DNA of 64,000 nt, from positions 125,181 through 189,180 of the forward strand of contig CANREZ010000001.1 of NCBI GenBank assembly GCA_947629745.1. Reading direction: 5' to 3'. A program made the translations under genes and the position numbers. Source of the DNA: an uncultured Clostridia bacterium. Its GTDB lineage: Bacteria > Bacillota > Clostridia > Christensenellales > UBA1242. Of the stretch, positions 39,002 through 48,602 are shown piece after piece (within the stretch, counting starts at the first letter, position 1; each line of letters starts with the position of its first letter). The notes under the pieces are model-generated. The model was not told the DNA's origin, did no database searches, and worked only from the letters and a program-made list of their open reading frames with translations.

Positions 39002-39811
39002 ATGACTAGAGAAGAGATAAGAACGTGGGTAGAGGAAATGACTAAAGGCACCACACTACTTGATGATTACTATGAGGCAGCATCAGAGTGTTATGCAGAA
39101 TATTTAGTTGACAGATCTTTATTCAATTTAGGCAGATCCTTTGATAAAAAATCCACACATTACATCCTAGGTAGAGATGAAGTCCCTAGTGACAAGATGG
39201 AAGCAATAGTCAATACTATTTCCAAAGATGCAGAAATCCAGATGGATATCAAGCCTGGTATGTCAAAAGAAGACGGAGAGAAATTGATAAATTCTCTCAT
39301 ATGGAGAGAGCATATGGGTCAATCAATCCTATCTAGACAGACTGTGGAATATAGCGTGTCAGCAATATTTGGGAAGAAATTTGTAGGACGAAAGAACCAC
39401 AACCGTATTGTAGAGGAAATTGAAGAAATAGTAAGGGTCCATGATCCAAAGATTGTCCGAAATGTCGTCATGTCGCTACTGACTCAGCACAATGATATAT
39501 TTAGCGCTATATACAAGGATCAAAATGCTTTGAAGGAATATGGCAGTAGCTTGACACTGGATAGCGTAATGGTAGCCAATGGCCTTGTGTTAGGTGCACT
39601 TGGGATCGTGCAGACTGTAGCTGATAGACCTATTATTGGAATACCATTTTCAATTATGGGATTAGTATTAACTGTGCTAAATGGCTCTTTAGTCAAAAGG
39701 CGAGTAGATAAAATCTCCGAAGCAAAATACGATATGAATATAAACGTCGATGCATTGATGACTGCTATCAAAGATGAGATAGCAAGGCTTGAGGCTGAAT
39801 CCGAGAGATAA
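39002..39811 (+). CDS. Hypothetical protein with two C-terminal TM helices
   Basis: 269-aa ORF with a GGGGG RBS. No recognisable motif. Confidence 0.55.
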   Translation: MTREEIRTWVEEMTKGTTLLDDYYEAASECYAEYLVDRSLFNLGRSFDKKSTHYILGRDEVPSDKMEAIVNTISKDAEIQMDIKPGMSKEDGEKLINSLIWREHMGQSILSRQTVEYSVSAIFGKKFVGRKNHNRIVEEIEEIVRVHDPKIVRNVVMSLLTQHNDIFSAIYKDQNALKEYGSSLTLDSVMVANGLVLGALGIVQTVADRPIIGIPFSIMGLVLTVLNGSLVKRRVDKISEAKYDMNINVDALMTAIKDEIARLEAESER

Positions 39812-39864
39812 TAGGGTAGCTTAATAAACTAGCTGAAAGCTAATGGTAAAAAATAAGAATAGAT

Positions 39865-39902
39865 AAAAAAAAAGAGTTCTCAAAATATGAGAACTCTTTT
39901 TT
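39865..39902. terminator. Bidirectional terminator
   Basis: AGAGTTCTC/GAGAACTCT stem flanked by an A-run and a T-run. Confidence 0.8.
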
Positions 39903-39922
39903 AATTAAATTGCTTTTTAATC

Positions 39923-41044
39923 TTATTTATTTGCTTTCTTTGAGGACTTCCCTTTTGGTGCTGATTTTTCTTCAGTCTTTGCTGTTGTCTCAGCTTTTAC
40001 TTCAGGTTCAGATTTTGTTGTCTCAGTTTTAGGGTTTGCGACTTTTTGTTCTTGCTTCTTTTTCTTATTTTCGGCACGCTTTTTCTTGGTCTTCTTGAGG
40101 AGTTTGCTTGCCTCGTCTATTAGGTCATGGGAAGCGCTATCTTCACGCACTTTTTCTACACGTGCTGGGAGTGAATCCTTGTAGACAGGGAGTTTCACTT
40201 CGTCGTCCTTTAGGCGGACCTCCAATTGATTGTAATCAACTGAGATGTCGTTCTTCTTGAATTCGTCAAACGCTCTATCCATGACGTAGTAGTACACGTC
40301 CCAATAATCTTCACTATCTACCCAACAATTAGCAAAGAATGTGATATTGCTGTCATCGAGAGTCTTTAGCTGCACAAATGGTGCTGGGTCGAGATACACT
40401 TTGCCATTCGACTTCATCACCGAGCTAATTATATCTCGCACTAGTTTCACATCAGATTTGTAACTAACGGAGAAACTAAAGTCCACGCGTCTACGACCTA
40501 GTGTATTGTAGTTTATCACTTCCTTGGTCACGATATGGCTATTTGGGATGATAACTAGTTTGTTGTCCACTGTTGCAATGGATGTGGTTAGGATCTTTAT
40601 GGCCTTCACCGTTCCCTCAGTACCGCCGATATTGACGAAGTCACCTTCGTGGAATGGCTTGGATGAGATAATGATGATGCCGTTAGCAAGATTAGCAAGT
40701 GAATCTTGCACTGCAAGACCTAATGCTAAGCTGCCTGCGGTGAGCAATGCTACAATGCCTGTGATAGGAATATTTAGTATTTGCATCACAATCATGATGA
40801 GTAGCACATATAGTAGCACTTTCACAACTGATAATAGGAATGATTGAGTGATCTTCTCGATTCTGCTCTTCGATAATAATCGTGCAGTAATTTTTAGTAA
40901 AATCTTTACTACGAGCACTCCGATGACTAGTCCAAGGATAGCCTCTAGTATTAGCCAACCACGGGACAGCACCTGCTCAGTAAAGAAATTTTTGATAGTC
41001 TGGAATATATCCGTAGACTCTGCTGCTTGTTCGCTTGTTTCCAT
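39923..41044 (-). CDS. mscS: Small-conductance mechanosensitive channel (MscS family) with K-rich C-terminal tail
   Basis: TM3 plus beta-domain signature (GLAVQDSLANLANGIIIISSKPFHEGDFVNIGGTEGTVKAI). Start set at METSEQ (GAGGG RBS). Confidence 0.85.
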   Translation of the reverse strand: METSEQAAESTDIFQTIKNFFTEQVLSRGWLILEAILGLVIGVLVVKILLKITARLLSKSRIEKITQSFLLSVVKVLLYVLLIMIVMQILNIPITGIVALLTAGSLALGLAVQDSLANLANGIIIISSKPFHEGDFVNIGGTEGTVKAIKILTTSIATVDNKLVIIPNSHIVTKEVINYNTLGRRRVDFSFSVSYKSDVKLVRDIISSVMKSNGKVYLDPAPFVQLKTLDDSNITFFANCWVDSEDYWDVYYYVMDRAFDEFKKNDISVDYNQLEVRLKDDEVKLPVYKDSLPARVEKVREDSASHDLIDEASKLLKKTKKKRAENKKKKQEQKVANPKTETTKSEPEVKAETTAKTEEKSAPKGKSSKKANK

Positions 41045-41150
41045 AATTTTCCCTCTAAACAACTACAATTATAGTCCCTCGAAAACTAATTGTAAAGCGG
41101 AATTTACAAAATATGACATATATTTGACAAAAGTTTTTTATTTTTATATC

Positions 41151-41774
41151 ATGAGTAAAAGAGGGAAGGGATTGAGACATTATTTTATAGATAGGGAAAG
41201 GGCGGACGACGAGTTCTTTTCGTTCCATGATAGCATCCAGGGAATGGAACTTGTTATCCATAGTGCCAGTGATATTTTTAGCAAATCGATGATAGATGCT
41301 GGCACTCGCACACTGATAGACACCGTAGTAGAGAATGAGAAGATAGCACCTAGTATGCGCGTGCTGGACCTTGCATGCGGATATGGGATAATAGGGATTT
41401 GCATGTCAAAAATATTTGGTTGTGAAACTATGATGTGCGACATCAATTCTACAGCAGTGGACCTAGCAAAAATAAATGCCAGTGAGAATGATTGTAGCAA
41501 AATTAGTGCCGTTGTCTCCGATGGACTAGATAATATTGATGGCACATTCGACTACATAATCTCAAACCCTCCAATCAAGGTGGGGAAAGAAGTGCTGTAC
41601 AAAATACTAGATGCCACCATTTCTCATCTAAATCCTTCTGGCAAACTATATCTAGTGATAAGGAAGGATCACGGGATGCAATCGGTGCGTGAGCATCTTG
41701 CTAGTATCTTTGGCAATTGCAGTATCGTTAGACGTAACAAAGGTTATTACATACTGTCTTGCACTAAGGAGTAA
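41151..41774 (+). CDS. Class I SAM-dependent methyltransferase, MTS/RsmC-YbxB-like
   Basis: VLDLACGYGIIG SAM motif and ISNPPI catalytic NPPY-like motif. About 207 aa, as in B. subtilis YbxB. The track start at 40848 would overlap mscS antisense. Confidence 0.8.
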   Translation: MSKRGKGLRHYFIDRERADDEFFSFHDSIQGMELVIHSASDIFSKSMIDAGTRTLIDTVVENEKIAPSMRVLDLACGYGIIGICMSKIFGCETMMCDINSTAVDLAKINASENDCSKISAVVSDGLDNIDGTFDYIISNPPIKVGKEVLYKILDATISHLNPSGKLYLVIRKDHGMQSVREHLASIFGNCSIVRRNKGYYILSCTKE

Positions 41775-41789
41775 AATATTTGCACAAAG

Positions 41790-41820
41790 AAAAATCCTAT
41801 GTAATATATAGGATTTTTTA
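41790..41820 (+). terminator. Rho-independent terminator
   Basis: AATCCTAT/ATAGGATT stem followed by TTTTTT. Confidence 0.8.
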
Positions 41821-41901
41821 TTGTTAAGATTTATAGATCTATAATTTTTACTATGACATAAATTGATGTGTAACAAATAAATTTTACTTCTCTATAAACT
41901 A

Positions 41902-42465
41902 TTATTTTGTCATGTTATCTAGTATGGCAAGAGTTAGTGCGTCGAGGTCGCTTGTGTGTTTAGTGCGAAATATCTCCCACTCCGATTTTGGCAGTCTATA
42001 ATACTTCGGGCAATATATATCGCTGTGATTAGGCGTGATAGCCTCCACATTGCAGGTGACTAGCATTATCTCGAAGTTTGAGAGTTTTGGGATAATTGGG
42101 CAGTTAATATATTGCGTAGCACAATCAAATATTTTTAGGCCAATGTCACTTAGCATATTAGATATAGTACTATCTTTTGGCGTGCCAGACACGATAAGAT
42201 TTGGGAGCGTGTATATGAATCTGCCTAGGCTTGGGCAAAAAGTATATTCTAGCACAAACTCATCTTCATGAGTGTAGGAGTTATAGTAAATAGGGCAGGC
42301 GTAGAGCAGCTTTTGCCGCACAGATTCACTAGACTTATCTATATTGTTATCTAGTGATGCGAAGTTTGATGAAATATTGCTATCATCTAGTCTGTAGGTG
42401 GCAGAGAGTATGTGCAGTGGTGTAGACGTCGACTGAAGCGAAAATTCTAATAGATTGTATCTCAT
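41902..42465 (-). CDS. Hypothetical protein, divergent from the hydrogenase gene
   Basis: Start set at MRYNLLEF, where TATAAT lies 6 nt upstream of the ATG. The track start at 42702 overlaps the hydrogenase gene. Confidence 0.5.
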   Translation of the reverse strand: MRYNLLEFSLQSTSTPLHILSATYRLDDSNISSNFASLDNNIDKSSESVRQKLLYACPIYYNSYTHEDEFVLEYTFCPSLGRFIYTLPNLIVSGTPKDSTISNMLSDIGLKIFDCATQYINCPIIPKLSNFEIMLVTCNVEAITPNHSDIYCPKYYRLPKSEWEIFRTKHTSDLDALTLAILDNMTK

Positions 42466-42586
42466 GTTATCATTATATCTAAAAAATGATTTGATACTAA
42501 AAGTAGAACTTAACAATTTTTGTCGAAATATACAAAATAGTTTGATTATTATGTCTAAAATTTTTATAATTACAAAAAAGGGAAAT

Positions 42587-43933
42587 ATGGACGAAGAAAT
42601 TTTAAACACCATCCGTGTGCCTATATCGGGCGATAACCCATGCATCGAGCGAGATGAGGCTCTGTGCATTCGTTGTGGTGCGTGCAAGCGTGTCTGCCAC
42701 AATGATGAGACAATCGATGGATATTATACTATCAAGGATGAGCCAATATGCGTAGGTTGTGGCCAGTGCATCATGTCATGTCCTACTCACGCACTGCATG
42801 AGAAATACGAGTACAGGCGAGTGCGAGCCTTGATGGAGAGTGGGAAGGACAAAATATTTGTCATCTCCACAGCGCCTGCTTGCCGTGTGGCACTAGCTGA
42901 GGAATTTGGCGGCAAGGCAGGACAAAACGTCGAGGGCAAACTTGTGACTCTGCTCAGAAACTTGGGCTTTAAATACGTATTCGACGTGACATTTGGGGCG
43001 GACCTTACTATTATGGAAGAGGCTAATGAATTACTGGATAGACTAAAGAGTAAGGACAAATTACCTATGTTTACCAGCTGCTGTCCTAGTTGGGTAAAAT
43101 TCGTAGAGACATTCTATCCGGACTTGACCCATCACTTGTCTTCAGCAAAGAGTCCAATAGGAATGCAAGGGGCTATAATCAAGACGTATTTTGCAAAAGC
43201 AATGGGATTAGACCCAAAGGATATAGTAAATGTAGTAATTGCACCATGCACAGCAAAGAAGTTTGAGATAAGAAGCGGCGAGATGCATAGTGCAGGGGAA
43301 GTGCTCGGGATAGAAAATATGCCTGACACCGACTATTGCATCACAACTAGAGAGGTCGCTATCTGGGCAAAGATAGCACATATTAATTTTAAGAAATTAG
43401 TACCTACCAAATACGATGACTTGCTCGGTCGCGGCACAGGCGCAGGAGTAATATTTGGCGCAAGCGGTGGAGTGATGGAATCTGCCATTAGAATGTGCGC
43501 AAAAACACTTGGGCAGGACGTATCTCCTTATCTAAATTTTGAGCCCGTTCGTGGTGGAAAAGGTGTGAAGACGGCAGAGATCACACTTGGTGGCAGGACA
43601 CTACATCTAGCTGTAGTACATGGGCTAAATAACGTGCGCCCAATACTGGAGGATATTAGGAATAATAAATGTCCATATGACTTCATCGAGGTGATGAATT
43701 GTGTGGGTGGATGCGTAGGAGGTGGCGGTCAGCCATATAGTGCAAATCCTAAGAAGATATACGATAGGATGCGCGGGCTATATGATGCAGATAGCATAAC
43801 GGACGTGCGCGTAGCAGGGGATAATCCGGATATATCTAAGGTGTACGCAGATTATCTAGGGCGTCCTAATAGCGAGATTGCAAAGAAATTGTTGCATACT
43901 ACATACATAGATAGATCAGGTGATGCAAAATAA
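42587..43933 (+). CDS. hydA: [FeFe]-hydrogenase, monomeric type with two N-terminal [4Fe-4S] ferredoxin motifs
   Basis: CIRCGACKRVC and CVGCGQCIMSCP clusters. H-cluster motifs are TSCCPSW, APCTAKKFE and MNCVGGCVGGGGQP. Start set at ATG 42587 (AAGGGA RBS). Confidence 0.9.
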   Translation: MDEEILNTIRVPISGDNPCIERDEALCIRCGACKRVCHNDETIDGYYTIKDEPICVGCGQCIMSCPTHALHEKYEYRRVRALMESGKDKIFVISTAPACRVALAEEFGGKAGQNVEGKLVTLLRNLGFKYVFDVTFGADLTIMEEANELLDRLKSKDKLPMFTSCCPSWVKFVETFYPDLTHHLSSAKSPIGMQGAIIKTYFAKAMGLDPKDIVNVVIAPCTAKKFEIRSGEMHSAGEVLGIENMPDTDYCITTREVAIWAKIAHINFKKLVPTKYDDLLGRGTGAGVIFGASGGVMESAIRMCAKTLGQDVSPYLNFEPVRGGKGVKTAEITLGGRTLHLAVVHGLNNVRPILEDIRNNKCPYDFIEVMNCVGGCVGGGGQPYSANPKKIYDRMRGLYDADSITDVRVAGDNPDISKVYADYLGRPNSEIAKKLLHTTYIDRSGDAK

Positions 43934-44022
43934 TTAATGTTGTACAAATTATGGTGATACAAATAATTAGAGATTCAAAAAGTTATTATGATGCACAATA
44001 AATATAATAACGCAAAAAAAAT

Positions 44023-44063
44023 ATGAGGAACATTGATTGTTTCTCATATTTTTTATCTTTCAG
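44023..44063. terminator. Bidirectional terminator-like hairpin overlapping the stop of the minus-strand gene
   Basis: ATATGAG/CTCATAT stem with a 15-nt loop, flanked by an A-run and a T-run. Confidence 0.5.
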
Positions 44064-45189
44064 TATCGTCTTGACAGTTAAACTTTTTAGTGTTATTTGG
44101 CGCCACGCCTAGAGCTTTGGCCTCATTTAGCACTGCATTCATTGCCGCACCATAGTATTTAGTTATCACGTCTCGCTCTAAGGTATATTTATCTTGAAGA
44201 CTTTCGAGCTTAGGAGAATACTCACTTAGCGCCTCGCATACTTTGTCTATAATGCTAGCACATACGCGGACGAAGTCCACATAGGAGTCATGGGTGAATA
44301 GGCTCTTTATTTGCTTGAAATTGTGATAAGAGTTTAGATCAGAATTGATGGGGTGTGATGCAGTGTATCTCATTGCACCACCTGCCACGAAATACATATT
44401 GTGTATATCTGGGAATATCAGGCCCAGGTATGCTTTTGAGATAATCGGGGCAAATATTTCACTTGTGTCGAACTCCTTTACTGTGGCATTATCTCCACGC
44501 AGGGACAGGTCGATGAATACCACTCCACGATGAGGCGAAGACTTGTCAAAATTAAACTTCACATTATCCCCGAAGTAGTCTATCTGGAAATTTTTTGCAC
44601 TGATTGCACACACATCGGATAGAGTGTTTTTGATATCGTCCACACTTAGGGTATCGATTTTCTTTAGTAGGTCATAGAGTTCGCGCATAGTGTTTGTCTG
44701 GCAAGAATAGGCGAATGGGAATGCTTCCTCTATTACAATTACCGAGTTAGTCTCAGGCACGTCGCCTTTCTCATAGGCAGTATTTACAATTGTGTCATCA
44801 TTTGTCGCATCGACTGCAGGGATAGACTTCATCATCATGTTGAGCAATTTTGCATTGATTAGACCTAATTTGTCCTCATCTGCAATAGTTACAGCCTGCG
44901 GTGCGACTAACATCTTTGGCACATTCACGCCAAGGATATTTAGCTCGTTCTGCGCTTCGTATTGAGAATTCATGCTATTGCTAGATCTTTTATTGCAAAT
45001 GATCTTAACGATATATTTCGATAGTTCGCTATTTGATTCAGTTTCGTTAAAAAGGAAGATGTTAGTCTGAGGATTTGGCTCGGTGAGCATAGTAAAATTA
45101 CCTGAGGCTAGACCACTTAGGCCACTTCGCTCTAGGATATTCTTTATCTGTCGGATCTTCACTTGATATATGTTCTTAACATCTGCCAT
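44053..45189 (-). CDS. Hypothetical protein (weak kinase-fold-like hints)
   Basis: About 378-aa ORF. Start chosen at MADVKNIYQ because of the promoter geometry. No confident motif. Confidence 0.55.
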   Translation of the reverse strand: MADVKNIYQVKIRQIKNILERSGLSGLASGNFTMLTEPNPQTNIFLFNETESNSELSKYIVKIICNKRSSNSMNSQYEAQNELNILGVNVPKMLVAPQAVTIADEDKLGLINAKLLNMMMKSIPAVDATNDDTIVNTAYEKGDVPETNSVIVIEEAFPFAYSCQTNTMRELYDLLKKIDTLSVDDIKNTLSDVCAISAKNFQIDYFGDNVKFNFDKSSPHRGVVFIDLSLRGDNATVKEFDTSEIFAPIISKAYLGLIFPDIHNMYFVAGGAMRYTASHPINSDLNSYHNFKQIKSLFTHDSYVDFVRVCASIIDKVCEALSEYSPKLESLQDKYTLERDVITKYYGAAMNAVLNEAKALGVAPNNTKKFNCQDDTER

Positions 45190-45194
45190 ACTAA

Positions 45195-45223
45195 ATAGTA
45201 CCACAAAGTGTCACGATTTTCAA
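45195..45223 (-). promoter_or_regulatory. Sigma-A-like promoter positioned for a leaderless mRNA
   Basis: On the minus strand: TTGAAA-17 nt-TACTAT-ttagt-ATG. No SD. Confidence 0.55.
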
Positions 45224-45527
45224 TAACTAATCAAAAAATATTTTCGCTTATTCACACAAAAATGTATGTATTTGCCCGTCTATTGATGTGTGGATTATTT
45301 TGGCAAGTGAATTTTGATAAATTTTTTAAATTTGTTAAAACTCACCAAAATTGAAAATTAGTAAAATATTCGATTGACGAATCATAGTATTATTTGATAG
45401 GATAAAAACAGAAAACCACAACATATTGTGTTTTCGTGTACTATATATGTCTATGGATTGTGTATGATTATAACTCAAAAAATTATAATTATGCATGGAT
45501 GCAAGGCTCATTCGAGGTGGTAAGATT

Positions 45528-46202
45528 ATGAAAATATGCGGACTGGACAAGTTATCCTTAGTAGATTATCCGCATAAGACTTGTGCAATAATATTCACTG
45601 CGGGGTGTAATTTCGCTTGTCCTTATTGCCACAATAGCACTATAGCTAGTGGTAGAGAGGATATTATTCCAGAGGATGAAGTGCTAGAGTATCTATCAAA
45701 GCGCAAGAATCTACTCGACGGCGTGTGCATTAGCGGAGGCGAGCCTCTGATACAACCTGACCTTGTAGAATTCATGAGGAAGGTAAAGGCCATGGGCTAT
45801 GACATCAAGCTTGACACCAATGGCTATCTACCAGATACACTAGATAATGTGCTAAAGACAGGGCTTGTCGACTATGTGGCAATGGATATCAAGGGCAGCC
45901 TGGAGGATTATCCAGTGATCACTAAGTGCAGATCCTTTGACCCAAAGAGAATACTTAGGAGCATCGAGATACTAGAGACATCGGGGGTCGAGCATGAATA
46001 TCGCACGACTTACATCCGCGATTATCACAAGGATATACCAAGCATCCTTAGTCTTGTGCCCGAGAATTGTACCTACTACATCCAGAGTTTCGAGATGAGT
46101 GACAACGTCACCGATCGCACACTATCTGCATTTAGCCCGGATGAATTACAAGAAATATTAGTACAGGCAAAATCAAAAATTAAAAATACATATCTAAGAT
46201 AG
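45528..46202 (+). CDS. nrdG: Anaerobic ribonucleoside-triphosphate reductase activating protein (radical SAM)
   Basis: CNFACPYCHN cluster motif and GGEPL. About 224 aa. Start set at ATG 45528 (GAGGTGG RBS). Confidence 0.85.
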   Translation: MKICGLDKLSLVDYPHKTCAIIFTAGCNFACPYCHNSTIASGREDIIPEDEVLEYLSKRKNLLDGVCISGGEPLIQPDLVEFMRKVKAMGYDIKLDTNGYLPDTLDNVLKTGLVDYVAMDIKGSLEDYPVITKCRSFDPKRILRSIEILETSGVEHEYRTTYIRDYHKDIPSILSLVPENCTYYIQSFEMSDNVTDRTLSAFSPDELQEILVQAKSKIKNTYLR

Positions 46203-46214
46203 GAGGAACATTTT

Positions 46215-48602
46215 ATGATAAAGGTTGAGAAGAAGAATAGAGCAATTGTGGATTTTGACTTAGAGAAGATTAAGGTGGCTATCACCAAGGCATTTGATGC
46301 TAACAATGCACCTCATGCTCCATCTATGATAGAGGCTATAGCCCTTCGCGCTACGTCAAAATTTGGAGACAAGATCAAGGATGGCATTCTCCATGTCGAG
46401 GATATTCAGGATTGTGTGGAGGAATCTCTCATTGAGTGCGGATACGCCGCAGTGGCAAAGTCCTACATACTATATCGTGACCAGAAGAGGAAACTAAGGC
46501 AAGCGCATGCCACACTACTTGACTACAAAAAGGTTGTCGATGATTATCTAGGAGTCAACGACTGGAGGGTAAAGGAAAGCTCCACAGTCACATATTCTAT
46601 AGGTGGACTGATCCTTGCCGAAGCCGGTGCAGTCACAGCCAACTATTGGCTAAGCGAAGTGTATGACGAGGAAATAGCAAACGCTCACAGGAATTGCGAC
46701 ATACATTTGCACGACCTATCAATGCTATCCGGATACTGCGCAGGTTGGAGTCTAAAGCAACTGATCAAGGAAGGACTAGGTGGGGTGGAAGGAAAGATTT
46801 GTTCCTCTCCTGCTAATCACCTCTCCACACTTTGTAACCAGATGGTAAACTTCCTAGGAATCATGCAAAATGAGTGGGCAGGTGCGCAAGCATTCTCATC
46901 ATTTGATACCTACCTTGCACCATTTGTCAAGGTGGATAATCTATCATATAAGGAAGTCAAACAATGCATTCAGTCATTCATATATGGCGTCAACACTCCA
47001 TCTAGATGGGGAACTCAGGCACCATTTACCAATATTACACTAGACTGGACCGTGCCAGATGATCTAGCGAATATGCCAGCAATTGTTGGTGGCAAAGAGT
47101 TGGACTTCACATACGGCGATTGCAAACCTGAGATGGATATGATAAACAAAGCCTTCATCGAGATAATGATTGAGGGTGATGCTTATGGCAGAGGATTCCA
47201 ATATCCTATCCCAACATATTCTATCACCAAGGACTTTGACTGGTCTGACACAGAGAATAATAGATTATTATTCGAGATGACTGCAAAGTACGGCATTCCA
47301 TATTTCTCAAATTATGTCAATTCGGATATGAAGCCAAGCGACATTAGGTCGATGTGTTGCAGACTAAGACTCGACCTTAGGGAACTGAGGAAGAAACAAG
47401 GTGGATTCTTTGGCTCAGGTGAGAGCACCGGCAGTATCGGTGTGGTCACTATCAATTTGCCAAAGATTGCATACCTATCTAGTGACGAAAAAGATTTCTT
47501 TGATAGACTAGATCACATGATGGATATCGCAGCACGCAGCCTTGATACCAAGCGTCGTGTGGTGGATAATTTCCTAAAAGCTGGTCTATATCCATACACC
47601 AAGAGATACCTTGGCACGCTAGATAATCACTTCTCCACAATTGGCCTCATCGGCATGAACGAAGTGGGTCTAAATGCTAAGTGGATTAGATGTGACCTCA
47701 CGCACAAAGTGATGCAAGACTTTGCAGTAAAAGTGCTGGAGCATATGAGAAATCGTTTATCTGATTATCAGGAAAAGTACGGGGCATTATTCAACCTCGA
47801 GGCAACTCCTGCTGAGAGCACGACATATAGATTCGCAAAACACGACCGTGAGAAATATCCAGATATAATCACTGCTGGTAACCCAGGTGAGACACCATTC
47901 TACACCAATAGCAGTCACTTGCCTGTGGGATACACGGATGATATATTTGAAGCCCTAGATATACAGGATAGATTGCAGACTCTCTACACATCAGGTACAG
48001 TATTCCATACTTTCCTTGGTGAGAGGATCAATGACTGGAAGTCCTGTGCAAACTTGGTGAAGAAGATTGCAGATAATTACAAACTCCCATACTACACCAT
48101 GTCGCCGACATACTCAGTATGTAGGAATCATGGATATATAGCAGGTGATGTGAGGAAATGCCCAAAGTGCGGATCTGAGTGCGAAGTGTATTCTAGGATC
48201 ACCGGTTACTATCGCCCAGTGAAGAATTGGAATGACGGCAAGGTACAGGAATTTAAACAAAGGAAGACCTATGATGTATCTGAGGTATCCAAGGACGGCG
48301 GACGAATACTACAGACGCCAAGAGCAGAGGAGAGCAAGGCTATTAAGTGCGACAAATTAGCAAATGGTTTGTATCTATTTGAGTCCAAGACTTGTCCAAA
48401 TTGCAAGATGGCGAAGATGATACTGGATAAATCAAATACTGCATATTTTGAGATCCTCGCACAGGACAATGTAGAGCTGTGTGAGAGCTTAGAGATAACT
48501 CTTGCTCCAACACTTGTTGAGATAGTGGATGGCAATGTGACAAAATATGAGGGACTCGCTGCTATCAAGACATTTATTGAGCAAGCACAAGTGGTGGCAT
48601 AA
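46215..48602 (+). CDS. nrdD: Anaerobic (class III) ribonucleoside-triphosphate reductase with a C-terminal thioredoxin-fold extension
   Basis: 795 aa. N-terminal ATP cone, SMCCRLRLD finger loop, Zn site CPKCGSEC, glycyl-radical motif SRITGYYRPV. An extra roughly 110 aa then follows, containing LFESKTCPNCKMAK ... APTLV. Confidence 0.95.
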   Translation: MIKVEKKNRAIVDFDLEKIKVAITKAFDANNAPHAPSMIEAIALRATSKFGDKIKDGILHVEDIQDCVEESLIECGYAAVAKSYILYRDQKRKLRQAHATLLDYKKVVDDYLGVNDWRVKESSTVTYSIGGLILAEAGAVTANYWLSEVYDEEIANAHRNCDIHLHDLSMLSGYCAGWSLKQLIKEGLGGVEGKICSSPANHLSTLCNQMVNFLGIMQNEWAGAQAFSSFDTYLAPFVKVDNLSYKEVKQCIQSFIYGVNTPSRWGTQAPFTNITLDWTVPDDLANMPAIVGGKELDFTYGDCKPEMDMINKAFIEIMIEGDAYGRGFQYPIPTYSITKDFDWSDTENNRLLFEMTAKYGIPYFSNYVNSDMKPSDIRSMCCRLRLDLRELRKKQGGFFGSGESTGSIGVVTINLPKIAYLSSDEKDFFDRLDHMMDIAARSLDTKRRVVDNFLKAGLYPYTKRYLGTLDNHFSTIGLIGMNEVGLNAKWIRCDLTHKVMQDFAVKVLEHMRNRLSDYQEKYGALFNLEATPAESTTYRFAKHDREKYPDIITAGNPGETPFYTNSSHLPVGYTDDIFEALDIQDRLQTLYTSGTVFHTFLGERINDWKSCANLVKKIADNYKLPYYTMSPTYSVCRNHGYIAGDVRKCPKCGSECEVYSRITGYYRPVKNWNDGKVQEFKQRKTYDVSEVSKDGGRILQTPRAEESKAIKCDKLANGLYLFESKTCPNCKMAKMILDKSNTAYFEILAQDNVELCESLEITLAPTLVEIVDGNVTKYEGLAAIKTFIEQAQVVA

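Noticed and set aside
40848-41150. N-terminal 101-codon extension of the methyltransferase ORF, and similarly 42455-42586 for the hydrogenase and 42466-42702 for the divergent gene
   Set aside because: The extensions overlap the neighbouring genes antisense, have low-complexity translations and lack an RBS. Internal ATGs give proteins of the family-typical length.
42515-42525. TGTCGAA (Spo0A-box-like heptamer) in the hydA divergent region, and single DnaA-box-like TTATCCACA at 52944-52952
   Set aside because: These are single occurrences of short motifs, expected by chance several times in 64 kb. There is no clustering.
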